From the NCBI GenBank assembly GCA_964644695.1, contig CAZXWN010000002.1, positions 186,001-250,000 on the forward strand: DNA of 64,000 bases. Reading direction: 5' to 3'. The notes beneath the pieces were generated by a model, which had not been told where the DNA came from, made no database searches, and saw only the letters and a program-made list of their open reading frames with translations. This stretch comes from an uncultured bacterium. Its GTDB lineage: Bacteria; UBP4; UBA4092. The position numbers and the translations under genes are program-made. Shown here piece after piece: positions 29,448 through 39,265 of the stretch (position 1 is its first letter; the number at the start of each line of letters is the position of its first letter).

Positions 29448-30719
29448 ATGGCTCATAAAACTCTAAAATCTACTTACCAGTCCCTTGAAGAACGAATAAA
29501 CCGATTTCCACTGGGAGCAGCTCCTTCTGATTTACTTCACAAAATACTGGCTCTCCTCATGTCTGAAAAAGAGGCGGGTCTGGTCTCTCTCTTACCGATA
29601 AAACCTTTCACGGTCAAACAAGCCAGTCAGTTATGGAAATTAGATGAAAATGTAACCTTGAAGATTTTGGATTCACTGGCGGATCGAGCCTTGATTCTGG
29701 ACCTTCCCAAAGAAGGACAGGAAACCCGATATGTATTACCGCCTCCGATGGCGGGATTTTTTGAGTTTTCGCTGATGAGGATACGAGGTGACATTGACCA
29801 GAAATACCTGAGTGAACTTTATGATGAATACATCACTCGTCAGGATGACTTCTTAAAAGGATTGTTTGCGGGCGGTGAAATGCAATTAGGCCGGACCTAT
29901 GTCAATGAAGATGCGTTGCCGGAAAATGATAACTTGTTGGTTCTTGATTATGAGAGGTCCAGTCATCTTATTAAAACAGCTTCTCATGTTGGGGTAGGGA
30001 TGTGTTATTGCCGCCATAAGAAACAGCATCTGGGGACTGCCTGTGATGCTCCGATGGATATCTGTATGACCTTGAACAGTACCGCAGATTCTTTGATTCG
30101 GCATGGGCATGCCCGGCGGGTAGATAACATGGAAGCCCTTGATTTACTTCAACTGGCCCGGGATAAGGGATTGGTTCAGTTTGGTGAAAATGCTCAGGAA
30201 AATATCAGTTTTATCTGTCATTGTTGTGGATGTTGTTGTGAGGCGCTCCATGCTGTGAAAAAGTTTGGTTCATTAAACCCCATCCATACGACAAACTTTA
30301 TATTATCTGTGGAGGATTCAGCCTGTACCGGATGTGGGGCCTGTGTCAGGGCTTGTCCTGTGGAGGCTCTGTCTCTGGTCAACTCTGAACAGGGCCGGAA
30401 AAAAGCTGTTTTAGATGGGTCAACATGTCTGGGGTGTGGAGTCTGTGTGAAATCCTGTCCCCGGAAATCTCTTAAACTGGTTCCGCGGAAACTCCGGGTC
30501 ATGACTCCGGTTAATTCGGCCTATCGAATCGTTCTGATGGCTCTGGAACGGGGAAAACTTCAACATCTGATATTTGATACTCCCGCATTGGTCAGTCATC
30601 GTGTGATGGGGAATATCCTGGGAGCGCTTTTGAAACTGACACCCTCACTGCGGCTAAAGGCCAGCCGGCAATTACAGTCCCGGTATATCGAATCCATGTT
30701 TGCTAAAATTAAAAACTAA
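29448..30719 (+). CDS. 4Fe-4S dicluster domain protein
   Basis: CYCR, ICHCCGCCC, CTGCGACVRACP and CLGCGVCVKSCP motifs. Confidence 0.85.
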   Translation: MAHKTLKSTYQSLEERINRFPLGAAPSDLLHKILALLMSEKEAGLVSLLPIKPFTVKQASQLWKLDENVTLKILDSLADRALILDLPKEGQETRYVLPPPMAGFFEFSLMRIRGDIDQKYLSELYDEYITRQDDFLKGLFAGGEMQLGRTYVNEDALPENDNLLVLDYERSSHLIKTASHVGVGMCYCRHKKQHLGTACDAPMDICMTLNSTADSLIRHGHARRVDNMEALDLLQLARDKGLVQFGENAQENISFICHCCGCCCEALHAVKKFGSLNPIHTTNFILSVEDSACTGCGACVRACPVEALSLVNSEQGRKKAVLDGSTCLGCGVCVKSCPRKSLKLVPRKLRVMTPVNSAYRIVLMALERGKLQHLIFDTPALVSHRVMGNILGALLKLTPSLRLKASRQLQSRYIESMFAKIKN

Positions 30720-30746
30720 TTTACATTTAATTTAGGAGACTTTGGG

Positions 30747-31097
30747 ATGATGGAAGCAAAAGAGTTTGCAAACGAGTGGATCAATGCCTGGAACGCCCAT
30801 GATTTAGACCGGATCATGGATCATTATTCGGAGGATATTGTTTTTACTTCTCCCTTTATCCAAAAGGTACTGGGGATAACGGATGGCACTCTCCGGGACA
30901 AAGCGTCATTAAAGAATTATTTTTCTAAAGGGTTGTCGTTAATCCCTGACCTGAAATTTACCTTGGAACAGGTCGTGGTGGGTGTGAATAGTATGGCCAT
31001 TGTTTATAAGAATACTTCAGGAATCCTTTCTGTTGAAGTTGTGGAATTGAATGACCAGGGGAAAATTGTCCGTTCCCTGGCGCATTATGCTCAATAG
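30747..31097 (+). CDS. SnoaL/NTF2-like protein
   Basis: WINAWNAHDLDRIMDHYSEDIVFTSP. Confidence 0.85.
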   Translation: MMEAKEFANEWINAWNAHDLDRIMDHYSEDIVFTSPFIQKVLGITDGTLRDKASLKNYFSKGLSLIPDLKFTLEQVVVGVNSMAIVYKNTSGILSVEVVELNDQGKIVRSLAHYAQ

Positions 31098-31121
31098 AAA
31101 ATAAAACATGGGAGAAATAGA

Positions 31122-31415
31122 ATGAAACATTTTATTATTGAAATTAATTACACCGAACCCTGGGAGAAGATTGAACCTGTCGTACCGGAACACCGGTTAT
31201 TTCTACAGGGATATTATGACAAGGGAATGTTACTGATGTCCGGACCTCAAAACCCCAAAGTGGGTGGGATACTGGTGGCAAAAGCGGAATCCCTGCAACA
31301 AATAGAGGCGATGATAGCCGAAGATCCCTACAACAAACATACGATAGCTACTTACCGAATTGTGGAGTTTAACCCAGTCAAATATCAGGATTGGATGAAA
31401 TCCTGGGTTGAATAA
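31122..31415 (+). CDS. YciI family protein
   Basis: EHRLFL, SGP..PKVGGI, AEDPY. Confidence 0.85.
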   Translation: MKHFIIEINYTEPWEKIEPVVPEHRLFLQGYYDKGMLLMSGPQNPKVGGILVAKAESLQQIEAMIAEDPYNKHTIATYRIVEFNPVKYQDWMKSWVE

Positions 31416-31438
31416 ACAATCAATGAATATGACTCAAC

Positions 31439-31475
31439 AGAGGGTTTTCACGAGTTGTGAAAGCCCTCTTTTTTT
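31439..31475 (+). terminator. Rho-independent terminator
   Basis: AGAGGGTTTTCAC / GTGAAAGCCCTCT stem plus T-run. Confidence 0.8.
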
Positions 31476-31607
31476 ATGTTTATTTTATTTCGTGAGATAA
31501 TAGGTATCTTCACTACCGCATTATTTTACTGGTAAAAAGGCAGCCGCAGTTCTGCTGTTTGAAAACAGACTTCATGTTTCAATTTAATTAAACCCGGAAA
31601 AATAGTA

Positions 31608-32993
31608 ATGCATATTACAATCATTCATCTGGTCAGTTTGGTCCTTACCTTAATCTCAATTGTCATCTTGGGAATCTACGCTTCTCGAAAAGTAAAATCG
31701 GCTGAGGATTTTTGTGTCGGTGGCCGGTCTTCCAGTGCGTCCATGGTGGCCGGTACAATTGCTGGCACGACGATTGGAGGCGCTTCCACGATTGGAACGG
31801 CTCAGCTGGCATATTCTATCGGATTATCTGCCTGGTGGTTTACTCTGGGGATGGGACTGGGATGTTTATTGATGGTCTTCTTCTATGCCAAACCCCTCCG
31901 GAAATCTAAACTGGATACCGTTCCGCAATATCTGGTATTACATTATGGAAAAGCGGCAGGACCTTTCAGCAGTATTTCCGCTTCCCTGGGAATATTTTTC
32001 AGTGTGGTCGCCAGTACCCTGTCAGCTGTTCATTTACTCTCGACGGTGTTCAACCTTTCTCCGGCAGTATCCTCCATTATCACCGTATTAATCACAGTAT
32101 CTTATGTGTTTTTTGGGGGAGTCTGGGGAACGGGAATCATCGGAGTTGTGAAAATAGCCATTATTTACCTGACATTATTAGTGGGTAGTTTGCTTGCTTT
32201 TCATGGTCTGGGTGGGTTAAAGGGACTCCATACTACTTTCCCGGCTTATCCCTGGTTCAGTATGATGGGAAGAGGGTTTTGGGTGGATGCCGGGAGTTTA
32301 CTTTCTTTGATTGTGGGGATGCTTTCAACACAGACCTATATTCAGGCCTTGTATGCCGCAAAGGATGTTAATACAGCTCGCAACGGGGCTTTAATAGCAA
32401 CTATCATGACTATCCCGGTGGGATTATTGGTTGTTTTGGTGGGATTATTCATGTATGTGAAAGAACCGGGAATAGCTCCGATTGATGCCCTTCCGTTATT
32501 CTTTATCCATTACCTTCCTGACTGGCTGGGCGGAATCGCTATCGGAGGATTATTATTATCCTGTGTTGGGTCAGCGGCAGGTTTAGCCTTAGGAATCGGT
32601 ACTATGGTGTCTCATGATTTAGTAACGGATATTTTCGGGTGCAGGGACAGTAAATCACTCTTGATGATCAATCGGGGTGTCGTTTTACTGGTTACCATCG
32701 GGGCGGCCCTCTTTTCTTTTGTGAATTTGAAATCACAAGTTCTTCAATGGAATTACCTGTCCATGGGGTTACGGGGGGCAGGAATCTGTATTCCTTTTTC
32801 ACTGGCAGTTTTGTATCCCGGACACCTTTCTCCCCGGTGGGCGATAGGTGCCATTGTCGCCGGAACAGTCATTACCGTAGGTTGGAAATTCCTGACATCC
32901 AGTTCCCTGGATCCTTTATTCCCTGGATTACTTTGCAGTGCCTGTGTCGTCGGAGTGGGCATGATTTATCCGAAATTTGGGAACAGGGATTAA
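31608..32993 (+). CDS. Sodium:solute symporter family protein
   Basis: SAEDFCVGGR, IGGASTIGTAQLAY, about 13 TM helices. Confidence 0.88.
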   Translation: MHITIIHLVSLVLTLISIVILGIYASRKVKSAEDFCVGGRSSSASMVAGTIAGTTIGGASTIGTAQLAYSIGLSAWWFTLGMGLGCLLMVFFYAKPLRKSKLDTVPQYLVLHYGKAAGPFSSISASLGIFFSVVASTLSAVHLLSTVFNLSPAVSSIITVLITVSYVFFGGVWGTGIIGVVKIAIIYLTLLVGSLLAFHGLGGLKGLHTTFPAYPWFSMMGRGFWVDAGSLLSLIVGMLSTQTYIQALYAAKDVNTARNGALIATIMTIPVGLLVVLVGLFMYVKEPGIAPIDALPLFFIHYLPDWLGGIAIGGLLLSCVGSAAGLALGIGTMVSHDLVTDIFGCRDSKSLLMINRGVVLLVTIGAALFSFVNLKSQVLQWNYLSMGLRGAGICIPFSLAVLYPGHLSPRWAIGAIVAGTVITVGWKFLTSSSLDPLFPGLLCSACVVGVGMIYPKFGNRD

Positions 32994-33126
32994 TGGAGTG
33001 ATTTACAGATTACCCAGATGTGGGGCTCCTGCCAAAATTAATTGACGGGGGGACTTGTTGAGTCCTAGGATGAGGTCAGAAGGATAAGTTACCAGATATT
33101 CATTATGTATCCGCAGGAGGTCTATC

Positions 33127-33345
33127 ATGATGACGCAACATCTAGCGACTTTCAAGCGGCAATTACAGGCAGGAACACGAACCTATCATTTTGAACTCCT
33201 GAAAGGGATTGATGGGACTCGGCAAATGGTCATCAAGGAAATCCTCAATTCTTCTTCTGGAGGACACTCCAGTCAAATCGTAATATCGGAACATCACTGG
33301 GATCAGTTCTGTAAGGAAATAGAATTTATCCGGGGAAAGATGTGA
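33127..33345 (+). CDS. Small PUR/DUF3276-like nucleic-acid-binding protein
   Basis: AGTRTYHFEL...MVIKE...SQIVISEHHWDQF pattern; AGGAGG RBS. Confidence 0.55.
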   Translation: MMTQHLATFKRQLQAGTRTYHFELLKGIDGTRQMVIKEILNSSSGGHSSQIVISEHHWDQFCKEIEFIRGKM

Positions 33346-33360
33346 TTCGATATTGAGTTC

Positions 33361-33777
33361 TTAGAGGTCAGCGACCAGTTGTAACCTGTAACCGGTGGGG
33401 GTGGTGTCGAGCCGTAACTGGTGGTAAGTGACGGCTTTGATTTCCTGGTAAGACTCATCCCGATCGGGATCAAAAGTATCCCCTTCCAATACAGCATCTA
33501 AATTATCAGCCTCCGATTCCCGGAGGTTGTATTTTATCGGGACAAATCCACTGATAACAAACTGAAGTAATAACTGATTCAGGAATTGAACGGCGCGATC
33601 CTCGGGAGTGTCTGACTGGACTTTGAGATGAATCGTCTGGGTACAGGACATTTTTTCGGAGGAACAGATTTGATTAAACAAAGCACGGGCGGCATATTCT
33701 ACTGTTTCCGGGTAGGTGGATCCTTCGCTGATAATGCCTAAATCTGCAGTATGTTCAAAATATTCGTAATGGCCCAT
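33361..33777 (-). CDS. Archease
   Basis: YEYFEHTADLGI N-terminus, EIKAVTYHQL, C-terminal VADL; GAGGAG RBS before ATG 33777. Confidence 0.9.
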   Translation of the reverse strand: MGHYEYFEHTADLGIISEGSTYPETVEYAARALFNQICSSEKMSCTQTIHLKVQSDTPEDRAVQFLNQLLLQFVISGFVPIKYNLRESEADNLDAVLEGDTFDPDRDESYQEIKAVTYHQLRLDTTPTGYRLQLVADL

Positions 33778-33864
33778 GAAGTGATTACTCCTCACCGAAT
33801 TATATCATTGGGTTAAGATAAACAAGAGGTTTTACATTGAATGAATTATTAAGGGAGTCATATC

Positions 33865-35154
33865 ATGCCCATGAAAATGAAAAATTCCAGTCAGTTATTC
33901 AAGACCGCCCGGGAAGTTCTGGTCGGGGGTGTCAACAGTCCTGTCCGTGCCTTTCGGGGGGTTGGAGGAGATCCCTTTTTTGTCCGGTGTGGTAAGGGAG
34001 CTCGTATCTATGATGCTGACGGGAATGAACTGATTGATTATGTCATGTCCTGGGGTCCCCTGATTTACGGACACAGTCATCCTAAAATTGTGAAGGCCAT
34101 CAAAACTGCGGCGATTAAAGGGACCAGTTTTGGTATTCCAACTGAGGGTGAGATTCACCTGGCCCGATTCATTAGAAAACTGGTGCCGTCCATGGAACTG
34201 GTTCGTCTGGTAACTTCGGGGACAGAAGCCACTATGAGTGCGCTTCGTCTGGCTCGGGGTTATACGGGCAGGAATATTATTCTGAAATTTGACGGGTGTT
34301 ATCACGGACATGGAGATTCTCTGCTGGTACAGGCAGGGTCGGGAGCTTTGACTCTGGGGCATCCGGATTCAGCCGGTGTGCCGGAGGATTTTGCCCGGAA
34401 TACTCTGTCTATTCCCTATAACAACATCCAGGCCCTGGAAGACACGGTGAAGAAGTACCCAGGGAAAATTGCCGCGGTGATTATCGAACCCGTAGCCGGA
34501 AATATGGGATGTGTTCCTCCCTCTGAAGGGTATCTCCAGAAAGTCCGGGAGATTTGTACTCAGGATGGAATTGTCCTGATATTTGATGAAGTCATGACCG
34601 GGTTTCGGGTGGCATTGGGGGGCGCTCAACAACGATATGGAGTGACTCCCGATTTAACGACTCTGGCGAAGATTGTCGGAGGCGGAATGCCGCTGGCGGC
34701 GTATGGCGGGAAAAAGGAAATCATGGAAAAGGTATCTCCCCTGGGTCCTGTGTATCAGGCGGGAACCTTGAGTGGAAATCCTGTCTCTGTGGCGGCTGGC
34801 CAGGCCATGTTACGCTTAGTCCATCAACCCAAGACCTATAAGACTCTGGAAGAAAAGGCCCAATATCTTGAGATGGGAATTAAGGAGCTGGCGGCAAAAT
34901 ATAACCAGTCTGTTACCCTTAATCGGGTCGGGTCCATGTTTACCCTGTTTTTTAACCCGGGTCCAGTGACGGATTATGCGAGTGCCAAAAAGTCTGATAC
35001 TGAGAAATATGCCAAATTCTTCCATCTCATGTTGGAAGGCGGGGTTTATCTGGCTCCGTCTCAGTTTGAATGTGGTTTTATTTCTACGGCACACGGCCGT
35101 AAAGAGTTAAATAAAACTTTGAAGGCTGTGGAAAAGGCCTTTAAACAGATTTAA
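33865..35154 (+). CDS. hemL: Glutamate-1-semialdehyde 2,1-aminomutase
   Basis: GGVNSPVRAF, SGTEATMSA, GCYHGH, FDEVMTGFR, PSQFE. Confidence 0.97.
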   Translation: MPMKMKNSSQLFKTAREVLVGGVNSPVRAFRGVGGDPFFVRCGKGARIYDADGNELIDYVMSWGPLIYGHSHPKIVKAIKTAAIKGTSFGIPTEGEIHLARFIRKLVPSMELVRLVTSGTEATMSALRLARGYTGRNIILKFDGCYHGHGDSLLVQAGSGALTLGHPDSAGVPEDFARNTLSIPYNNIQALEDTVKKYPGKIAAVIIEPVAGNMGCVPPSEGYLQKVREICTQDGIVLIFDEVMTGFRVALGGAQQRYGVTPDLTTLAKIVGGGMPLAAYGGKKEIMEKVSPLGPVYQAGTLSGNPVSVAAGQAMLRLVHQPKTYKTLEEKAQYLEMGIKELAAKYNQSVTLNRVGSMFTLFFNPGPVTDYASAKKSDTEKYAKFFHLMLEGGVYLAPSQFECGFISTAHGRKELNKTLKAVEKAFKQI

Positions 35155-35195
35155 TGCCTCTGAAAGTGGTAACTTGCCAGTAAATTGTGTAAAAT

Positions 35196-35231
35196 AACCC
35201 TACAGGAATGAACATTCATTCCTGTAGGGTT
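35196..35231. promoter_or_regulatory. 17-bp inverted repeat: probable TetR operator, may also terminate hemL
   Basis: AACCCTACAGGAATGAA-CA-TTCATTCCTGTAGGGTT then T-run; core repeated at 35858. Confidence 0.7.
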
Positions 35232-35259
35232 TTTGTTTATATGAAGTCTGGAGAATTAA

Positions 35260-35832
35260 TTGACTGAGAATCGACAGGACAAACGGGCGGCGGCGTTACA
35301 GGCCACTTTGGAATTGATATCGGAACAGGGGTTCCAGGGAACTCCCATGTCTCAGATTGCGGAGAGGGCAAATATCGGAGTGGGGACAATTTACCGTTAT
35401 TTTGCCAGCAAGGATGAACTGATCAATGCCTTGTATGTCGATGTGAAATCCAGAATGGCTCACTATCTTTTCAAAGATTATTCTGAGGATAAACCGGCTG
35501 ATGAAACCTTCATGACCTTCACCCGTAACATGGTCGATTATTTCACTCAGAACCCCAAAGTATTATTGTTTATTGAACAATATGCCAACTCACCCTTGAT
35601 TACCACAGACTCCCATGAAGAAGGATTACGGTCTTTTGAACCGGCGAAAGCCCTGTTTAAAAAGGCAAAAGAAGATGGGTTGATGAAAGATTTACCTTTG
35701 GAAATGATTTGTTCTCTGGTGTTCGGATCGACTTTATCACTGGTGAAACTTTCCTTATTCGGGAAGGATAAACTCAGTGTCGAAGATTTGGATAAAGGGT
35801 TACAGGCTGTATGGGATGCGGTGAAAAAATAG
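35260..35832 (+). CDS. TetR/AcrR family transcriptional regulator
   Basis: IAERANIGVGTIYRYFASKDEL HTH; TTG start with GGAG RBS. Confidence 0.92.
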   Translation: MTENRQDKRAAALQATLELISEQGFQGTPMSQIAERANIGVGTIYRYFASKDELINALYVDVKSRMAHYLFKDYSEDKPADETFMTFTRNMVDYFTQNPKVLLFIEQYANSPLITTDSHEEGLRSFEPAKALFKKAKEDGLMKDLPLEMICSLVFGSTLSLVKLSLFGKDKLSVEDLDKGLQAVWDAVKK

Positions 35833-35857
35833 GCGGCTATTTTTTTGTGATAAATGT

Positions 35858-35875
35858 GGAGTGAACATTCATTCC
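35858..35875. promoter_or_regulatory. Second putative TetR operator
   Basis: GGAGTGAACATTCATTCC, 17/18 match to 35205-35222. Confidence 0.7.
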
Positions 35876-35929
35876 GCTTCAAATAAAGAGAAGAAAGATA
35901 ACGATGACGATTAAGTCTGGAGGAATCAG

Positions 35930-37081
35930 ATGTTATACCGAAAACTAGGAAAAACGAATGAGGATGTATCCATTTTAGGATTTGGGACGATGCGGTTACC
36001 GATTATTGGGACGAATCCTACAAATATTGATGAGGGGAAAGCCATCGACATGATGAGGCAGGCCATTGATTTGGGTGTGAATTATGTGGATACTGCCTAC
36101 CCCTATCACGGGACTGGATTCACCCAACCGGGGCAAAGTGAATTACTGGTGGCCAAGGCATTAAAAGATGGATACCGGGAAAAAGTGAAAGTGGCTACAA
36201 AACTACCGAGCTGGCTGGTTCAGAAAAGGGACGACATGGACCGGCTTTTGGATGAACAGTTGAAACGGCTTGAGGTAGATTCTATTGATTTTTATCTGAT
36301 CCATTCCCTGAACCGTCCCTTCTGGGAGGGTGTGAAGAAGGCGGATGTCCGGGATTTTATGGATAAGGCACTCAGTGACGGACGAATCAAGTATGCAGGA
36401 TTTTCATTCCACGACAAGCTCGATTTATTCAAAGAAATTGTAGATTATTATGACTGGTCCTTCTGTCAGATCCAATATAACTATCTGGATGAAACCTTCC
36501 AGGCAGGTACGGAGGGGATGAAATATGCAGCCGACAGGGGACTGGGTATTGTCGTCATGGAACCGTTACGGGGAGGGAACCTGGCAGATCTTCCAGAGGG
36601 AGCACAGTCCATCCTGAAACAGGCGGATGCGTTAAAGAGTCCGGCGGAATGGGGACTCCGCTGGGTGTGGGACCATCCGGAAGTGTCGGTGGTATTAAGT
36701 GGAATGACGACGATTGAACAGGCGATGGAAAATATTAAAGTGGCGGATAATGCGCGTCCAAATTCATTAACCGAGATGGAACTGGGTTATATCAAGGATG
36801 TGAAGAAATTCCTGGAACAACGGATGAAAGTGAATTGTACGGCGTGTTCTTATTGTATGCCCTGTCCTTCGGGAATTAATATTCCGGGGAATTTTGAGGC
36901 TTATAATAACCACTGGATATTTGATGGGAATCCTACGGCGAAACAGTATTACGGGATACTCCAGAAGATATCGGCACCCATATCTAATTGTACGGAATGT
37001 GGTGTTTGTATGACTCATTGTCCTCAGAGTATTCAGATTCCCGATGAATTAAAGAAGGTTGTGGCATTATTTGAAGCGTAA
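35930..37081 (+). CDS. Aldo/keto reductase with C-terminal 4Fe-4S domain
   Basis: GFGTMRLP, DTAYPYH, GFSFH, QIQYNYLD, CTACSYCMPCP, CTECGVCMTHCPQ. Confidence 0.92.
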   Translation: MLYRKLGKTNEDVSILGFGTMRLPIIGTNPTNIDEGKAIDMMRQAIDLGVNYVDTAYPYHGTGFTQPGQSELLVAKALKDGYREKVKVATKLPSWLVQKRDDMDRLLDEQLKRLEVDSIDFYLIHSLNRPFWEGVKKADVRDFMDKALSDGRIKYAGFSFHDKLDLFKEIVDYYDWSFCQIQYNYLDETFQAGTEGMKYAADRGLGIVVMEPLRGGNLADLPEGAQSILKQADALKSPAEWGLRWVWDHPEVSVVLSGMTTIEQAMENIKVADNARPNSLTEMELGYIKDVKKFLEQRMKVNCTACSYCMPCPSGINIPGNFEAYNNHWIFDGNPTAKQYYGILQKISAPISNCTECGVCMTHCPQSIQIPDELKKVVALFEA

Positions 37082-37104
37082 TAAATCATTCAATGTTATC
37101 GTTG

Positions 37105-37139
37105 CATCCACGGAGTTGGTCCGAGCAGCTCCGTGGATG
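37105..37139. repeat. Palindromic element family B, copy 2
   Basis: CATCCACGGAG-ttggtccgagcag-CTCCGTGGATG. Confidence 0.75.
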
Positions 37140-37183
37140 TTTCGTTTTGAGGGTAGGGATGGAGGGGAGACATTACAGGTCCG

Positions 37184-37522
37184 GGACTCACCACCTCACC
37201 ATTACAGGGTCCCCCCTCCTTGAAAAGTCGGGGAGTTTGAAAAGCCAGCACTGTATCCGGTCCGGATACTTGAGTTTATTCTCAATATGTCTGAAGCTCC
37301 TTAATTTTTTCGGGTAGTTAGTTCCTGCCTCGTTGTTTCTGATAGGGAAGATTTGATTGAAACAGGTCTTCTGGATTCCTGCTAAGCCCATGCAGGAATG
37401 ACATGAAGGTGTTCCGCGAATTAATCAATTTATACCCTCATAGTGTTCATGCCATTCTAAGCGGTCCTGAAACTCCCCGCCTTTTCAAGGAGGGGTCCGG
37501 CTTGCCGGGGGGTGGTTAGTCC
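37184..37522. repeat. Family C inverted pair (37184-37238 and 37470-37522) enclosing a family A copy (37372-37403)
   Basis: GGACTCACCACC..CCCCTCCTTGAAAAGTCGGGGAGTTT versus revcomp GGACTAACCACC..CCCCTCCTTGAAAAGGCGGGGAGTTT; inner TGGATTCCTGCTAAGCCCATGCAGGAATGACA. Confidence 0.75.
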
Positions 37523-37725
37523 TTGATCTATTCATCGCATGAAATCATAAGCATATTTAATAAGCCTTTATACAGCCCTTAGTCAATATGCAAACACTGC
37601 CTCATGATTTTCCAGTGGTCCTCCAGTGCTCCTTCGTCAGTTCAACCCGGGATAGTTAAACAAGGTAAGAAACAGTTTGAAATCAATGATATATAATTAA
37701 CCCCATCTTAAACTAGAGGAATTAA

Positions 37726-38286
37726 ATGCCCCAGATTGATCCTTACAATAAATGTCCAGTGTATGAAACAGAAAAGTTTATACTTCGACTTGTAAATGAA
37801 GGTGATGTGGTAGACTTACTTGAATGTTATTCCAATCCCCAGGCGCAACAGTTTTTTAACAGTGATAATTGTTGTTTTGGATTTGAGTATCACACCTTGG
37901 AGAGTATGGAGAATTGTATCCAAAGTTGGATTGAGGCATATAAAAGTCGAGGATTTATCCGGTTTTCTATTGTCAACAAGAAACTGTCAAAGGTGATCGG
38001 AACTATTGAGATGTTCGCCCGGTTTGGTGATGATTCAGAATACAATCCAGTAGGGGTTCTTCGTATAGATTTGTTTCCAGACTATGAAACTCAGAGTGAT
38101 ATTAGTCAATTATTGCAAATTTCAAATGAACATTTCTTTGATGACTTTGATGTTGACCATATCATCACAAAAGCCATTCCTGAAGCCACAGAACGGGTAC
38201 AAACATTGATGTTAAACGGATTTACCCGGCTGGAAGATTTTAGGATCATGGCATATCCGGATTATTATATTCAACATCGAGGATGA
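37726..38286 (+). CDS. GNAT (RimJ/RimL-like) acetyltransferase-like protein
   Basis: YETEKFILRLV..DLLECYS, RFSIV..VIGTIEMF; GAGG RBS. Confidence 0.7.
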   Translation: MPQIDPYNKCPVYETEKFILRLVNEGDVVDLLECYSNPQAQQFFNSDNCCFGFEYHTLESMENCIQSWIEAYKSRGFIRFSIVNKKLSKVIGTIEMFARFGDDSEYNPVGVLRIDLFPDYETQSDISQLLQISNEHFFDDFDVDHIITKAIPEATERVQTLMLNGFTRLEDFRIMAYPDYYIQHRG

Positions 38287-38473
38287 ATTCTGACGGGTGA
38301 TTTACTTTCATTATTTTGACTGAAAATCAAACATCTTGTGGGGAGTGTAATTGTTTATTAAGAATTCTGTCAGGGATGACCTAATATGTCATTCTCCATT
38401 TATAGAATTAACAAAAGTAAGTGATTGGTGTATTCTTGAGACGAAGATATTGCAGAAGAGAATGAGGGTAAAT

Positions 38474-39265
38474 ATGCAGGTTCTTAATAAACCAATGTAT
38501 AACATTTTTATGGAGATGGTGACTCAATCAAATCACTCCATCCAGATATGTTCTCCATTTATTAAGAAAGAAATTGTTTCGGATTTATACCAAAACAAAA
38601 AAGATGGTGTCCGTATATCAGTTGTTACTAATATAAACTTAAAAAGTATCTGTAAGAAATCAACAGATATTGAGGCCCTCACACAAATCATTGAACAACG
38701 AGACCCCTTATATAATTTCCAACGGTTACATGCAAAGTTTTATATTTTTGATAAGCAACGGCTAGTCATTACCTCTGCCAATCTGACACCCTCAGGGATG
38801 AAACGAAATTATGAATATGGTTTATTGATAAGCGATGCCTCTATCGTAGGACAAGCTTGCAGTGATTTTAAATCACTATGTACTGATGAATCTTCCGGAA
38901 GAATTACGAGTAAACATATTTCCAAAATATCGGATATTATTCAATCTATTCCAAAACCCGAAGAAGTAAAAATACCTCGACTCGTTCTTGATTATGTAGA
39001 TACTGAAGATGTATTTGAAGATGATGTTTTGGTGATTTCTAGGAAACTCACTGGCTGGAAGAAATCCCTGTTTGATGTATTAAATGATTTTGAAAAACCA
39101 GTTTTTACAACAACAGATTTTAAACAGTTCAGTACTGTTCTTGGTACGAAGTATCCAGGCAATAATAATATTGATGCGAAAATTAGACAGCAATTGCAAG
39201 AGTTGAGAGATTTGGGTCTGATTAAATTTGTTGACCGTGGCATATATAAGAAATTATGGAAATAA
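38474..39265 (+). CDS. PLD-family nuclease fused to DpnI-like (Dam-replacing) winged-helix domain
   Basis: CSPFI, LHAKFYIFD, TSANLT, NYEYG; C-terminal YPGNNNIDAKIRQQLQELRDLGLIKFVDRGIY; start at ATG 38474 after GAGGG. Confidence 0.85.
   Translation: MQVLNKPMYNIFMEMVTQSNHSIQICSPFIKKEIVSDLYQNKKDGVRISVVTNINLKSICKKSTDIEALTQIIEQRDPLYNFQRLHAKFYIFDKQRLVITSANLTPSGMKRNYEYGLLISDASIVGQACSDFKSLCTDESSGRITSKHISKISDIIQSIPKPEEVKIPRLVLDYVDTEDVFEDDVLVISRKLTGWKKSLFDVLNDFEKPVFTTTDFKQFSTVLGTKYPGNNNIDAKIRQQLQELRDLGLIKFVDRGIYKKLWK

Noticed and set aside
31476-31607. Riboswitch upstream of the sodium:solute symporter
   Set aside because: No TPP, cobalamin or other aptamer consensus recognisable by eye; an Rfam scan would settle it.
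26480-33345. Island integrated at tRNA-Ser
   Set aside because: Accessory-looking genes, but no integrase or att duplication seen.
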